Below are positions 36,671 to 49,481 of a stretch of 64,000 nt of DNA, one piece after another. A program made the translations under genes and the position numbers. The notes under the pieces are model-generated. The model did not search any database, was not told the origin of the DNA, and saw only the letters and a list, made by a program, of their open reading frames with translations. Source of the stretch: Bigelowiella natans CCMP2755 (Eukaryota > Protista > Cercozoa); the NCBI GenBank assembly GCA_000320545.1, contig ADNK01000566.1, forward strand, positions 57,659-121,658, given 5' to 3'. The first letter of the stretch is position 1, and the number at the start of each line of letters is the position of its first letter.

Positions 36671-37267
36671 AATTCATACGCATTATATATATAATATATA
36701 TATAATATATACTCATCTATGCGTGCTGGTGTCCACAACGATTTGCTGCAACTGTTGATTTGGCAGGAAATGAAGGAACAAGTCAAGAGCAGCCGCACGT
36801 AGTGGTTATCTCCCCAAAAGGAGATGAGGTGCTGATGGGAGCGCCGCGGACCTCTCCCGCGAAGAAAGCGCTGTCTACAGCATCCAAAAAAGTTGTTGTC
36901 CTCAAAAAGGGAGACGAAGACGATAGCCACGCCAAAGGTGGTAGTAGTAGCAGTAGCAGTAGTAGTAATAGATGAAGAAACAACGAAAGAGGAGATGTGG
37001 GGAGATAGGATAATGGGCGTCAAATGCGTGCCTCTAAAATTAACGACTATGTTTTGGAGTGTACCCATCGACGTCCTAGAGTAGGAAAAACTGTTGTTAC
37101 AAAATGTCTATCGTTCTTTTCTCCGAGCGACTGCCATAACGGACAACCGAACACATCGTCATGTTGATAGTTCAGTGCTGCTGCGAAAGAACTTCAAACT
37201 CGAAAACCATCTAGCCGCATCCTCTGCCTAAACCCCAGTTGGGTTATAGATGTCCAGAGTGTACTCT

Positions 37268-37309
<42 letters not shown>

Positions 37310-37396
37310 AGCTCTGAGCATGCACCCTTTCCACAAAAAAAAGCATACACCTGTACACTGGTACTGATGTGTGCTTTGGTTCTAAACATATTCTGT

Positions 37397-37431
<35 letters not shown>

Positions 37432-38962
37432 TGATGATAATCCCTAGAAGAACCAGATACTGCTGCTGCTGCTGCTGCTGTTGCTCCCGGTCTGCAGAGA
37501 TGGCCTTCAATAGCACCAGCCACCCTCGAAGCTTTTCCACGTTCGTCGATAATTCGTGCAGATTTTCACCAGCCATTCAAAGCATTATCACCAATCGCAG
37601 CCTCGCCGCAGAAGGAGCTGTGTCATCGTCATCCCGAAGTCCGTTATTTTCTCTTTTTCTTAGCTATATTGCTGTCTCTGCTCCACACTATGCATATACA
37701 CCACAGCTTATTAGAGTCGTGACAAGAGAACGATGCTTGTTTGCAAACACACCAGGATTCGGATGGCAAGCAGATTCACTTTGGAGAACATGAAGAAGGC
37801 GATGACGATAACAACAAGGAGGAGCAGCTCGCAAAGGAAGATAGCAATGTATTTGTTTGTTGTGCGGAAGTATCTTGCAAGAGTAGATTTACACGAGTTT
37901 ATATTCTTCGCTAGATTGTGCAATAAGAGAACAATGCTTATTATTTTAAAAACAATAGGATTCGGATGGCAAGCAGATTCTCTCTGGAGAACATGAAGAA
38001 GGCGATGACGATAACAACAAGGAGGAGCAGCTCGCAAAGGAAGATAGCAATGTATTTGTTTGTTATGTGGAAGTTACTTGCAAGAGTAGATTTACACGAA
38101 TTTATATTCTTCGCTAGATTGTGCAATAAGAGAACAATGCTTATTATTTTAAAAACAACAGGATTCGGATGGCAAGCGGATTTTCTCTGGAGAACATGAA
38201 GAAGGCGATGACGATAACAACAAGGAGGAGCAGCTCGCAAAGGAAGATAATACTGACGAAAAGGTGCGGGCGCGATGTATTTGTATGTTATGTGGAAGTT
38301 ACTTGCAAGAGTAGATTTACACGAATTTATATTCTTCGCTAGATTGTGCAATAAGAGAACAATGCTTATTATTTTAAAAACAACAGGATTCGGATGGCAA
38401 GCAGATTCTCTCTGGAGAACATGAAGAAGGCGATGACGATAACAACAAGGAGGAGCAGCTCGCAAAGGAAGATAATACTGACGAAAAGGTGCGGGCGCGA
38501 TGTATTTGTATGTTATGTGGAAGTTACTTGCAAGAGTAGATCCACATGAGTATATGCTCTTCTTCGCTAGATTTTGCACTCACATTCACAAAGCTGCTAC
38601 TCCTATTCCTAAGCACTATTATTATCATAATAATAATAATTAGGATCAAGACCAACTCGTTGGAGCCACATCAGAGCCGCTTGGGACGATAGACGAGATT
38701 GTCCAGGAAAAGTACGTTCTTGGAAGGCATGTATTTGTAATCGCATGTTTTCGTTGGAATATATTGACTGCTGGCTCAGCTGGCCAAATTGTGACTTGCG
38801 AGACTTGTTTAAAGATTAATATCATTTTCCACATTTTCATCTCAAACTAGGGACGGGGGCAAGCCTGATGAGCCACGCAAGCGCGGGATATGCCGAACTA
38901 AAGGACGTGGGATGTGTAGCAGTGAAGATGGCCAAAGCTCCAAGAGTTGCGTGGTGATTTAG
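34529..38962 (+). CDS. Ankyrin-repeat protein with an acidic repeated tail and C-terminal CaaX (CVVI), multi-exon
   Basis: Ankyrin exons VNKQDATGSCAIHWAAR, NTAFHEAAWKGHNPIIEILL, GATCLLWAAW, LLLEYGADPTIRDKKG. Phase-consistent splicing runs through four repeated exons to ...GQSSKSCVVI*. Start uncertain. Confidence 0.8.
37756..38577 (+). repeat. Four tandem exon+intron units (periods 203, 203, 225 bp)
   Basis: Units start at 37756, 37959, 38162 and 38387 and are nearly identical, including the intron portions. Confidence 0.95.
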
Positions 38963-39224
38963 TGCGCAACATTTTCCATTTTGTGTACACGGGTTCTCGA
39001 TATCAGGGACCGGGTACAACAGCTAAGCACACACACACGCTGTGATGTTTTCCCTCACATTGTCGCGGCGAGGGAGATTGATATGTGGAGACATCCACTC
39101 TTAGGAAAATATTCTACTGCATCCTGGAATGTTATTGCAACTAATATGCATGTGCGAGATAGCTGGGCATAGACCTAGAGATGTGTAAAGTATATACTGC
39201 TGCTGATATAGGCGTCATGCATGC

Positions 39225-39410
39225 AATATGAGACGGATGTAGTGATGTGATTAAATCTTTTGAATATAGACATCCTAATGTAGCCATTATAACATATGTA
39301 TTACACCGGACATCATTACTCGCCGCCCAGCATGCTAGCATGCGCCTATGAGACGGACGTAATTAACAAATTAAATTTTTTGGTCATCCTAATGTAGCTA
39401 TGCATAGGTG
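39225..39410 (-). repeat. Two inverted copies of the intergenic repeat family
   Basis: atgagacggatgt...catcctaatgtagcc and atgagacggacgt...gtcatcctaatgtagctatgca. Confidence 0.85.
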
Positions 39411-39606
39411 CTATATAAATGCGCTATGCGATTAACCGAAGATACTATAGATCGAAGAGCAGACCGACTTGCAAAATATAAAGAAATACTCAAGCGATAT
39501 GCCATGTAGCACACGCGGCTAGCACTGCATCATAATAATAATAATTCGCTGGGTTTACTAAATAACGCAACTTCGCCATCTTGATACTTCAGCACAATGA
39601 ATATTC

Positions 39607-41515
39607 CTATGCTACTACTACAGTTTGCTCTGCTGTACAGCAGCACTCAGACTTAGAAGGTGTGACGTTCCGTACCAGGTTAGCCAGCATTGGACCTAGA
39701 TATTGACAATGACTCAATCATCTTTCTGACCATGCAATTTTCGCAGCTGCAGATGTAGTTGTAATAAGTAATAAGCGACACCACCTATTCCTGGAAGTCT
39801 CATCAGCTGATCGCGAATAGTCGGAACTTGTCCCCGGAATGTGGACATAATCATCTGCAAGTAGTAGTAGTAGTAGTAGTAAGTAGTAGTAGTAATAGAC
39901 ACACAGCCATGTGATTATTGGTCATTGCGGGTAGCTAGTGCCGTCGCCTCAGCGAAACCGACCTACCTTTGCAGTTTGGATGATGTGCTTAGCCTTCTGC
40001 TTGTTGTAGTGGACAAAACTGACACCGAAGAAGGGGAAATAGTCATACTTCCACGGGGCGAAGATAACATACTATGAGAACAGGAGCTGCCTATTGTAAT
40101 TGATGCCGATATATCTGGAATACAGGCAGTACCGTATCATCCTCCTGAGCTCTACTTCGTCAAACACCGAGAAAGTAGCCTGAGTGTTCGTTCCAATGCA
40201 AGGGTGCTGTCTGTGCGATCAGTTACGCTACGACGATGTGATGACAATTACCGCATCCAGAGACTTTCCATCTTTGCAGAGGCAACTGTTTTCTTTCATC
40301 GTCTGTGGAAGAAGCATAATACATCGGACCCTGATCTATGATGCGCCGTCATTGCAAGTGTGTATATGTGGCTAACCCGTATCGCTTTGCAGACGATGGT
40401 AAACTGTGTCTGCTTCGACATTATCGCGCCTATTAAAAGCTGTTGCACATAACATGATACAACATACACAAGTTCTCAAATCCGCCGCTTCTTTTCGATG
40501 CCAAACGACAACCTGAAACTTTATGCTCTCGTAGGGCAAGCTGAGGTCTCGCAGGGGCGCCCATTTCTTTATTTCATGTGCTTTAATCTCTGACGCGGTC
40601 ATGAGCTTCTTGTTGCGGTTCTTCTCTGATGAAGACGACGTTGATGATGATGAGGAAACCTTGCTACCACTGGCGCTGCTGCGCTTTAGTTGCAACGAGG
40701 GCCTGCTGCTCAGGATCGTAGTTTCCCCAGGACCTGCGCCAAAACCGCAGCGTTGTTTTACGGGGTGAAACGAGTGTGCAGAGCATCAAATACATCATCA
40801 TCATCATCATTGCGTGAAGAAGAAAGACAGCGAATCACCTTTAGATGAAGACGCACCGCCAAAACGAAATGAATCGAAGAAATCAAGACTTAAAGTGTTT
40901 TCTCGGGGTGGGAGCTTCTTCTCGTCCACTGGCATGCGTGACGAAGCGTTGTTGGCGCTGCCTTCCTCATTACAACCACTACTACTACTACTACCGCCGC
41001 CACCACCATCGCTATTCCTCTCGAGCGATCCCTTTCGGCGAAGCGGACTACTCGAGATCTCGTCTTCCTCTGCTCGCTCTAGGGGCGGGGGTTCCCTATC
41101 ATCCTTCAGCGCGGCAGCTGATATAGTAGTGTCGTTGTTGTTCTGCTCACCACTATGGTTGCGCTCATCGGACGAATCACTTTGAGGCTGATTTGCTGGA
41201 TACTCCTCCTCCTCCCCTGCTTGGTCCAACCCGTGGCGACCTCGCTTTGGGTTCTTCCCTGGTGAACACGCTCTGTCGAGCTTTACTTCACAGTCTTTCT
41301 TCTTACCCCCTGCCCTTCCAAAAGGAGCCTGAGATTTGAGATAGATAATCGGTGCTCACGGAAAAAACAACAACAACGAGGAGGAGAAGGAAGACCTCAT
41401 CCTCGAACGCGTTTTCATCATCGAGCTCGATCAGGTGGTCAACGGGGAGAATGCGCTTCCTCTTATGCCTGCCAGCATCGTCCGGACTACTCAGCTCTGG
41501 GTTGGAGCTGACCAT
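39607..41515 (-). CDS. Endonuclease III (Nth)/HhH-GPD-like protein with long disordered N-terminus, apparently truncated after the HhH
   Basis: IKFQVVV..., FVHYNKQKAKHIIQTAK, STFRGQVPTIRDQLMRLPGIG|PMLANL, then a stop ~25 codons later. Confidence 0.7.
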
Positions 41516-41747
41516 CCGAACAGCAGGGCAGCAGGAACAATCAGGGAGAAGGAGGCGGCGGAAGAGGCATTTAAATACTGCGTTTCTTTTTTTTTAAAAT
41601 CGAGGGGATTTGATCGTAAATTGGATTTGAAATGTTGTCGCTGTGGCTAAAAGGGATCCTTTGCTTGTCGCGAGTAGCAGTAGTAGCAGTAACTAGTAGT
41701 TAGTCCAAACGCTGCCTCCTCCTCCCTGCGAGTAGCGACCAGCAGCG

Positions 41748-42001
41748 ATGGCGGCGCCCCAGCAGCAGCAGCAACAGCCGCCGCAGGGGAGTGGAGTCCT
41801 GACGATTTTCAGCAAGGACGCTGTCCTTGACTGGGCCATTGGAGGGGGTGAGCACGTAGTTGTGGATGAGTAGCATGCGGTGGTGGGCAGTTGGGGAGAT
41901 CATTGGTAAGGTGTCATCGTTCCAGAGCATGCCTACATTGACGTACCGAACGGTTCTCGACAGTTTATAAATGTGATTGAACACCACGTGACACACACAT
42001 A

Positions 42002-42034
<33 letters not shown>

Positions 42035-43181
42035 ACACATATCCTCCCCATGATTTTGTGTCCAGCTTCCTCTTCATCCTCCTCCTACTGCGACTACTAC
42101 TACTACTACTACCACTACTACAGGTATGTTCGGTGCCATGTTCGGAGCTACTCAGGCTTTGGTACGAGTTACTTCCCCACTAAAGGCGGCAATCGTTTGC
42201 GCAGCTGAATTTTCAGTCGCAGGGCCTGCATATTACGGTTGAATCTTCTTCTTATCATATCCTCCTAGGATATCATTAGTACCGTCGTTAGTCTTCATCT
42301 CTTTCACACTGTGGTATGTAACGAGCACCCCTTACTCCGCTCCCCCCCTCCTCCTGTTGTCCAGCAATTAGAACGCGCCTGGAAGAGAAACGCGAGAAGG
42401 GGGACATATACAATCCTCTGGTGTCGGGATGCACGGTCGGGTGGTTCCTCGGAGGATATAACGCTACAAAACTAAGTAATATTAAGAAAACGTATAAATG
42501 AAATACATATGCATCATGAAGACTTTCCCATTCTTCTACTGAGCCTCCCTACGTTCATCACGGCAGACTAAAAAAACACGATTCCGCCGCCGCCTCACAA
42601 GATTCTTTTATTGCTCCTCAGCTCGCGGCATCCGCGGCAGCCTGCTCGGATCGACGATCGTAGGAAGCATAGCCGTCATGCAACATTTAGTGTTCCAGAA
42701 AATGGAACGGGACGGTTTCGAGGTAAGTCTGCAGAGATCCTTGTCATGCTAGAGCAAGAGAGCATGGCTGCTGTCGGAGAATGCGTCTTGTTTGCCAAAT
42801 CTGTACAACAACCCTCTACTAGGTGAACCTTCCAGTCCTCTCTTACTCTATTGAATTCCCATCCTGGTAGTTGGATCACACACGCGCGCACACACATGCA
42901 CACACATGCATGCGCATGTGGGCTATACATACTTGAAAAGACAATACCAAATATAGCAACCTCATTTAATTTTGTGCGTGCGTGCGTGCGTGCGTGCGTG
43001 GCATGTTTGATACTAAAGACACCAAATATGGCAACATACTACTCAACAAATTATAAGGTTCCCAATCCAAAAGATGACGCCTGAAGAAATTCAAATGGCA
43101 GAAATTAGAGAGAAGGAAAGACGGCGAGCTGGTTACATGCAGCCGCAGGACTCCACAGATGATGATAGCAGTAGCAGCTAG
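41748..43181 (+). CDS. Tim17/Tim22/Tim23-family mitochondrial inner-membrane protein (possibly complex I-associated type), 6 exons
   Basis: Spliced: ...WAIGG|GMFGAMFGATQAL...GPAYY|AIRTRLEEKREKGDIYNPLVSGCTVGWFLGG...FPSW|FPIQKMTPEE...*. Gly-zipper helices and the R.K.D..N...SGC..G signature are present. Confidence 0.82.
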
Positions 43182-43618
43182 TGGAAATATAGGATTTATA
43201 TTGCTAGCCTGAGCGTGCCACCCAGCCATGCAAATTTATTTTGTTTATTTGGCAAGTCAATGTGTTCATTCATGCCATGCGCCAAAACAAGTGGCATTGT
43301 CGTTAGCAGCAGCCGTACGCGTACATAATTACAATGTTTTAATTACAAGCAGGCGCGTAACTCTATTGCTCAACCCGTACATCCGCCTTCACGATAGCCT
43401 AGCAGCAACATGCAAATATATAGTAGACATTATGGTGCTTGTACATGCACCTCTGATCGTGCAGCATCACGGCACACATTTGGCACACATTTTGTGAAAT
43501 CTTCGATCAATGCTTAAATTGATACGATTCATAGCCCCACGCCGTACAACAATAATGCACATGCAAGAGATCATGCGTCTGCTCTAATGATATCGCTCAG
43601 CGAAAGTAGCCTCCCTGT

Positions 43619-44418
43619 CTAGAAGCGCTCATCGTCATCGAGGTCATCTTCGTCGTCATCGTGAAAATTGCCATCGTCACTGGGCAGATCGTCTGCGTTC
43701 ACAATAAGGCAGCAATCACACTCCGATTTATCATTCGTTACAGATATCATCTAGCAAATGATATCGAACATAATTAGCATACAGAGAACAACGAAAACGG
43801 TGCCTCATATACCGTCTGTGAAGCCCTCGTCTTCATCGCCGCTTTCGTCCAGAGAGACCCCCGACCTGTCAATTTCGAAAATTCGGTCATTGAATAATCA
43901 ATGCAAAACAGAAGAATGATTTCAGGAAAATCCCAGAAATAAGAATCGGCACGGATCCTTAAATGCCGATGTCGTTCCGTCCATTCATCTCAAGGATATT
44001 TTTCATGGACAATTATTGCAGAAAGGTGACACAGCAACACGAACAGCACAAAGAAGTCGGCTATCAAACTACGACGACGATGATGACGATGACGACGACG
44101 ATAACTACTACTAGCTACTACAGCTTAGTGAACGTCATAGTTTGCTTGTATTTAGTTACAACCCGTCTGTTAGATCGCTCCCTACAGAGTCCTTGTGTAA
44201 GCCATCATCATTTCCACCGCCCTATAATGAGAATGAGTGTAAAACAGCAGCACCAATTACAACAACGTCAGCTCACTCATATAGCGAGTAGAATGCTTGA
44301 GAATGGTTGACAATCATCATCTCTTTATCGTGGCTAGTACCGCTGAGTCTGACGATTCGTCTTCATCTGAATCAACAGCGTCCATGGACCCCATCTGAAA
44401 GGAAGTTGATTATACCGA

Positions 44419-44473
<55 letters not shown>

Positions 44474-45594
44474 ATACGGGTAAAATGTCAGTGTATATGA
44501 AATGGGAAAGAGAACGGATATATGAAGACTAGGGCATTTTATGTTCATATAAGAGAATAAGGATATTTATTATTACCACAAGTCCCCCGGATTCTGCATC
44601 ACCTCCTCCTGTGAGTGAATGACGATGCAGAAGATGATGTGTCAGAGTAACAACCGTGCAAGAACAACTTTGAGCACACGATGAGTAGCTTCTTCTTGGT
44701 GGTGGCGGTTGTGTTGTTGGTTATGTTTCTCTCTACGACGCTACGGCTCAACCTACCTTGCTTCTTCTTCGTCGTTTTCATCATATCAAGGTCCTGAAAA
44801 TAGTCGAAGCATTAACCACAAACACCACAATCTTAGGACCAACCAAAGCTTTCACATTTGCGAACAACTTCATCATCGATGCTGTCGCAAGAGGGGTGCC
44901 ACTACTGGACTCTTTGCGGCCGTAGCCCCCGTGTGTAAGAATGGCATTGAAACTTCTAAAATTGGTCGCCACAGGCAATCAGCAGCAACTGACTGACAAG
45001 ACTAACTGACATCATCATCCTCTTCCTCGTCTCCATCTGCGCCGCCAACATTTCCTCCTGAAGACACATAGAGTAAACTTAAAAGCACGTCATCGGTGAA
45101 TGCAACAAAAGGCAGATAGATTATATCAGAGCAAAATAAGAATAACAGTCGCAGCAGCAGCAGTCCAGTAAATCACCTTCCTCCCCTCTTAGGACACGAA
45201 GCTCCTCGTCTTTAATGCGCTTTTGCTTACGGCGCAGGATGCGGTCATTCTACATGAACGAGGTCCGATGAGAGCAATAGCAGATAATAAAAAGTAGCAC
45301 TCGAATTCAGACGAAGGGGTGACAACGAAGAAGGCAATGTGCAGGAAACGGCGCCCCCTCCCCTGCAGCAAAAAGTATCTTTCTGTTCTGTCACAGATCG
45401 TCGATGGCAGGGGCAAGTATGTTGACATATACTACTGGCACTGATATACTTATTTCAAATCACACCTCTCTCTGCTTTTCCCTCTCAGCTTCATAATACT
45501 TCTCCAGCTCGGCCTCCAGATAGTTTAAATTACGGAATCTGGCAAAAGGGGAAGGGAAAAAAGGGTGAAATCAAAGCAGACGATGCGAGCCGCC

Positions 45595-45645
<51 letters not shown>

Positions 45646-46736
45646 ATATTTAACATTCTCTACTGTCATTATGCATGCGTGCGTGTGTTTATATCGCCAC
45701 ACATGCCGCTCGTGTTCTGCTCATTAGCAGTTATGATCTTACCTCTCCAAATAGGACTCGTAGACCATCTTCAGCTCAGTTTCTAACCTGTCGTATTCCT
45801 CCATAAAGGCAGGGCGCACCTAGATGAATAGGGCGAGGATGAGGGGGAGGAGGAGGAGGAAGAGGAGGATATTCTAGAGGAGGCCGAAGAATGCTCTGGA
45901 TACATCAGTTACACGTGTTAAAATCGTTGAGAACGACCTTTTTGAGGGTACGCAATCGCTTCTCCGCGCGCTCCAAATCCGTCTGCTTTCTCTCAATCTA
46001 AGGCCGATGAAAGAAAAAGAAGAAGAAGAAAAAAAATAAGGACGACGAGGAGCAGTGCGTCTTTGGGGAAGCAGCGGCGATCATTTGTAATTTGCTGTTC
46101 CGCTAGCTTGCCGCAGCAGGAACCTTCATTTTGAGGGATTTCTGGTCCTTCGCTAAATCTGCGCACATCTTTTCGAGTTGAGCAACCTGCCCACACACAC
46201 ACACACACACACACATGTGCAACATGTTAGCTTAATCTTGGTATTCTCAAGACTGCTACTCTGGGTCGTGGTTTCTATTCCATAATCATTCATCATGCAT
46301 TGGCTAGGTTTTTCGCCAGTCTTTGGACGGAATCTACACCCATCAATCAAACTCACATTGTCAGTGATGCTATTTATCTGCTCGCGAATGCTTCGTTCTA
46401 TAGTTTCCCTGATGTACACGATGATAAGTCCTCTCAGCGTAAGAAAGAAGAAGACTAGGAGGCAGCTATGCACGGGACTATACATGTACTCTCCCCGCAC
46501 ATGCAATTGCGCTAACTAGATGGAAGAAAGGTGAGGAAGTGCGACAGCAAATAAACTCAATCAATGCACCGTCATATGAAATTTACCGAGCTGCATTGCT
46601 TTCAAGATTCATAGATATCGAATCCACAAATTGGATTGCCTTCTCGCGGCTCCTTTTCAATTCACCCTCCTACGAAAAAGGTGTAGTAGAAAATAGAGCA
46701 TTAGAACAACCCCTATCCCTCCCGTCTCTCTATATA

Positions 46737-46797
<61 letters not shown>

Positions 46798-48416
46798 ACA
46801 TTTATACGTTAACTAAATGGTTTTACTGAATGCTATGTCTGCCTGCAATATTTCACTTCGGTATTTGTGCAATGGAGGCAGAAGGCAAGAAAGAGAAAGA
46901 AGGAAGCAATCATGCCATCACCTGTCCTAGTAGAGAATAAAGTCTTGAGCCCGTCTCCACGATGTCAGTCGCCGTGTTTCGGGCAGCTTTTAGCTCATCC
47001 AGCCGGGTCTTTTTGGGAGGAAAACGATACGACAAAAGCATATTGGTTTAACATTTTCATGAGGATGCTGCCCTTAACATTACGATAATTTTTATAGTTA
47101 TCGATTAGCAATTACTACAACCAATTACATAAGCTTTCTCACAGAGTGTTCGCGTTGCAATAACATACTGGCACGCACGCAAGCACAGCAGAGAGAGGGT
47201 ACTCTTCTTAGCTGCGCGTGTGTGTGTGTGTGTGTGAGTGTGTGTGTGAGTGTATGTGTGCATACTTGCAGATTGGGTTCGTTGCTGTTTCCGATCTTGG
47301 ACTCCTTTTTATCTGCTGGCGTGGTTGATTTGATAGATTTGTGCAGAACCTCCGCGATTTTAAGCAGTTCTCGTACGGCGAAACCGTCTGCACGTGCACA
47401 TATAATTAGGGTATTAAGACATGGAATTTCCCCATCCATCACTAATGTGTGGAGATGAACGATGCTCGATGCAAAGAAGACAAAAAGTATCCGTCTTTTC
47501 AGTGCAGTTAAATATATTTGCGAAAATATTTCCGCTGTACCTGCTCTATAGAGTGCTTTGATGTTGAGCTTGATTTTGGCTTTCGACGCCTATTGACACA
47601 CATCGCGCATTTGAGATAGATAGTAGCTTACAGTTGATTAAAAGAATCCAAAATCCCCTGCAGTTGAATGGAATAAAATAAAACTCTCCTTCTCTCTACT
47701 AGCTGACCATGGTGTGAGCTATCGCCTTCAAGAACTCAACCCTGGTTGAAAAGTAAGACCAATATTCATACGATTCTCTGGTTTCGGATTTAAATGGATA
47801 ACCTGGCTTTTTCTGTGCTGATGTCGTCTGATATCTCCGCATTCGGGTCGTATCTAAAATTATATATTGTAGGTTCAAAAAGGTGTTCACAGAGCTATGG
47901 TTGGTATTTATCCAACATACATCTGGACGACGCTGTCTGTTTTGCGACATGTATTAGCCGATATGCGTGAGCAATAGGAATTCAACTTGACTCAAAACTC
48001 GTGCATTCATAGAGAAAATTTTTAAAAATGTCTGTAATGAGGGCTGAGAGAAAAGGGGGGATGGGATAGGACCGTTCGCACAGCCAGTAAAGAGCATCCG
48101 CCACCAATTCGAAGTTCGGTGTACGGAAGTTCTCTGCATATCAATTCAACAAGAACATTTGTCTCTTAGATGGAATTTTCCCTGCGGATTTGAATGTGAA
48201 GGCGCCTTACCCATGGAAACGATCCTGTGATAGCCGAGCGTCTTCATGTATTCGGAAAAGTCTGCGCAAAGATCAGTGTCAGAGGGACAATTACATTTTA
48301 ACACACACACATACACACAACGTACTTGTACAAACACATTTTACACATATCTTTAATGGCACCACATGCGTTCACTCAAAAAACGTGATATTACTCCGAA
48401 GTTGTCGGTAAGACAT
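43619..48416 (-). CDS. CLUAP1: Clusterin-associated protein 1 / IFT38 (intraflagellar transport complex B), multi-exon
   Basis: MSYRQLR..FSEYMKTLGYHRIVSM|ENFRTPNFELVADALYWL, KAKIKLNIKALY|ADGFAVRELLKIAEVL, RPAFMEEYDRLETEL, and an acidic C-terminus. Confidence 0.95.
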
Positions 48417-49481
48417 AGTTCTTCTGCTATCCCGTGCGTACTACTACTATCACCCGTTCACTTGTTGCCTGGAGGAAGCGGAATTTAAATCAATAAGAGC
48501 CACAATGTTTCAGTTTAAGGCGTGAAGGAAGAAAAGGAAGGAAGGAAGCCACCAATTGACACTACGATAATCAGCACCCCTCCATCCCTAGATTACACTG
48601 GACATGCAAGTTAGATTCAAGAGCATCCTGGGTCACCCCCTTCCCACCCAATGAGCAACGAAAAAATGTATACGTTTCAAAATGGCGGTGGACGGTTTCT
48701 GATCTCCCAAAAAAATTCGGTACATTTCAGCCAAAATGCAGGCCATTTAGGGCTTGGATGGAACTCACAAGTTTGATCAGTCCTCGCATTTAGAAAATAT
48801 TCTATACAGGAAATACCCTAAAAAAATGAAAATCATTTTGGATATCCTTGGCTAGATATTAACCAACTGACATACCCGTTACAAGTGCAGTATGAACTTT
48901 TAATTAGGTAAAATATCCTACCGAAAATAGTCTAATACTATTTGGGAAAACATAACAAAATAGATCTTTTTTGTTCCCTGCGACAAAGGTTACACGACCA
49001 GTTTTAAGTGGTTTGCGAGTCATTACTTTATCAGCTCTCGGTGGTATTTTTCGGCCAAATGGATTCCCAATATTTTGGACATAAGACATCCATTTCATAT
49101 GTTAACTCCAGAAAATGGAATCCGTTTTGCTTTTCCAACTACGATACGAGAGCACAAACTGGGTGGGTAGTTGTGCGAACCATTTGCATCGACGTAGACA
49201 CCACACAAGAAGACTCCATAACTTTTGGTAGGTTGAGAGACAGTTCCTCTTGGGAATGGGGGTGACGATCCTTTTGTCACATTCGTTTTACCAAATGGTG
49301 GAAAGAGATGGATTTAGGTGTCGTAAATAGTCGGTGCCAGAAATGGTCTTGGCGACACGAATAAAGAACGGGGATTGAAGCCGATGAGATGGGATGAATT
49401 TGAATAGGATACATGAAACTTCACAGTCGCATGTGACAAAGCAGGTGTAACGATCCTTGTTATTCCTTCTTATCAGGAAAA

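Noticed and set aside
37755-38577. Possible CRISPR-like array, or the 212-aa minus-strand repeat ORF (37941-38579)
   Set aside because: No unique spacers and units exceed 200 bp. Plus-strand splice sites and in-phase exons explain the repeat; the minus ORF is a shadow.
48900-49450. Coding-looking segment in the CLUAP1 / plastid-protein divergent spacer
   Set aside because: Only short broken frames with no recognisable motif or coherent splicing.
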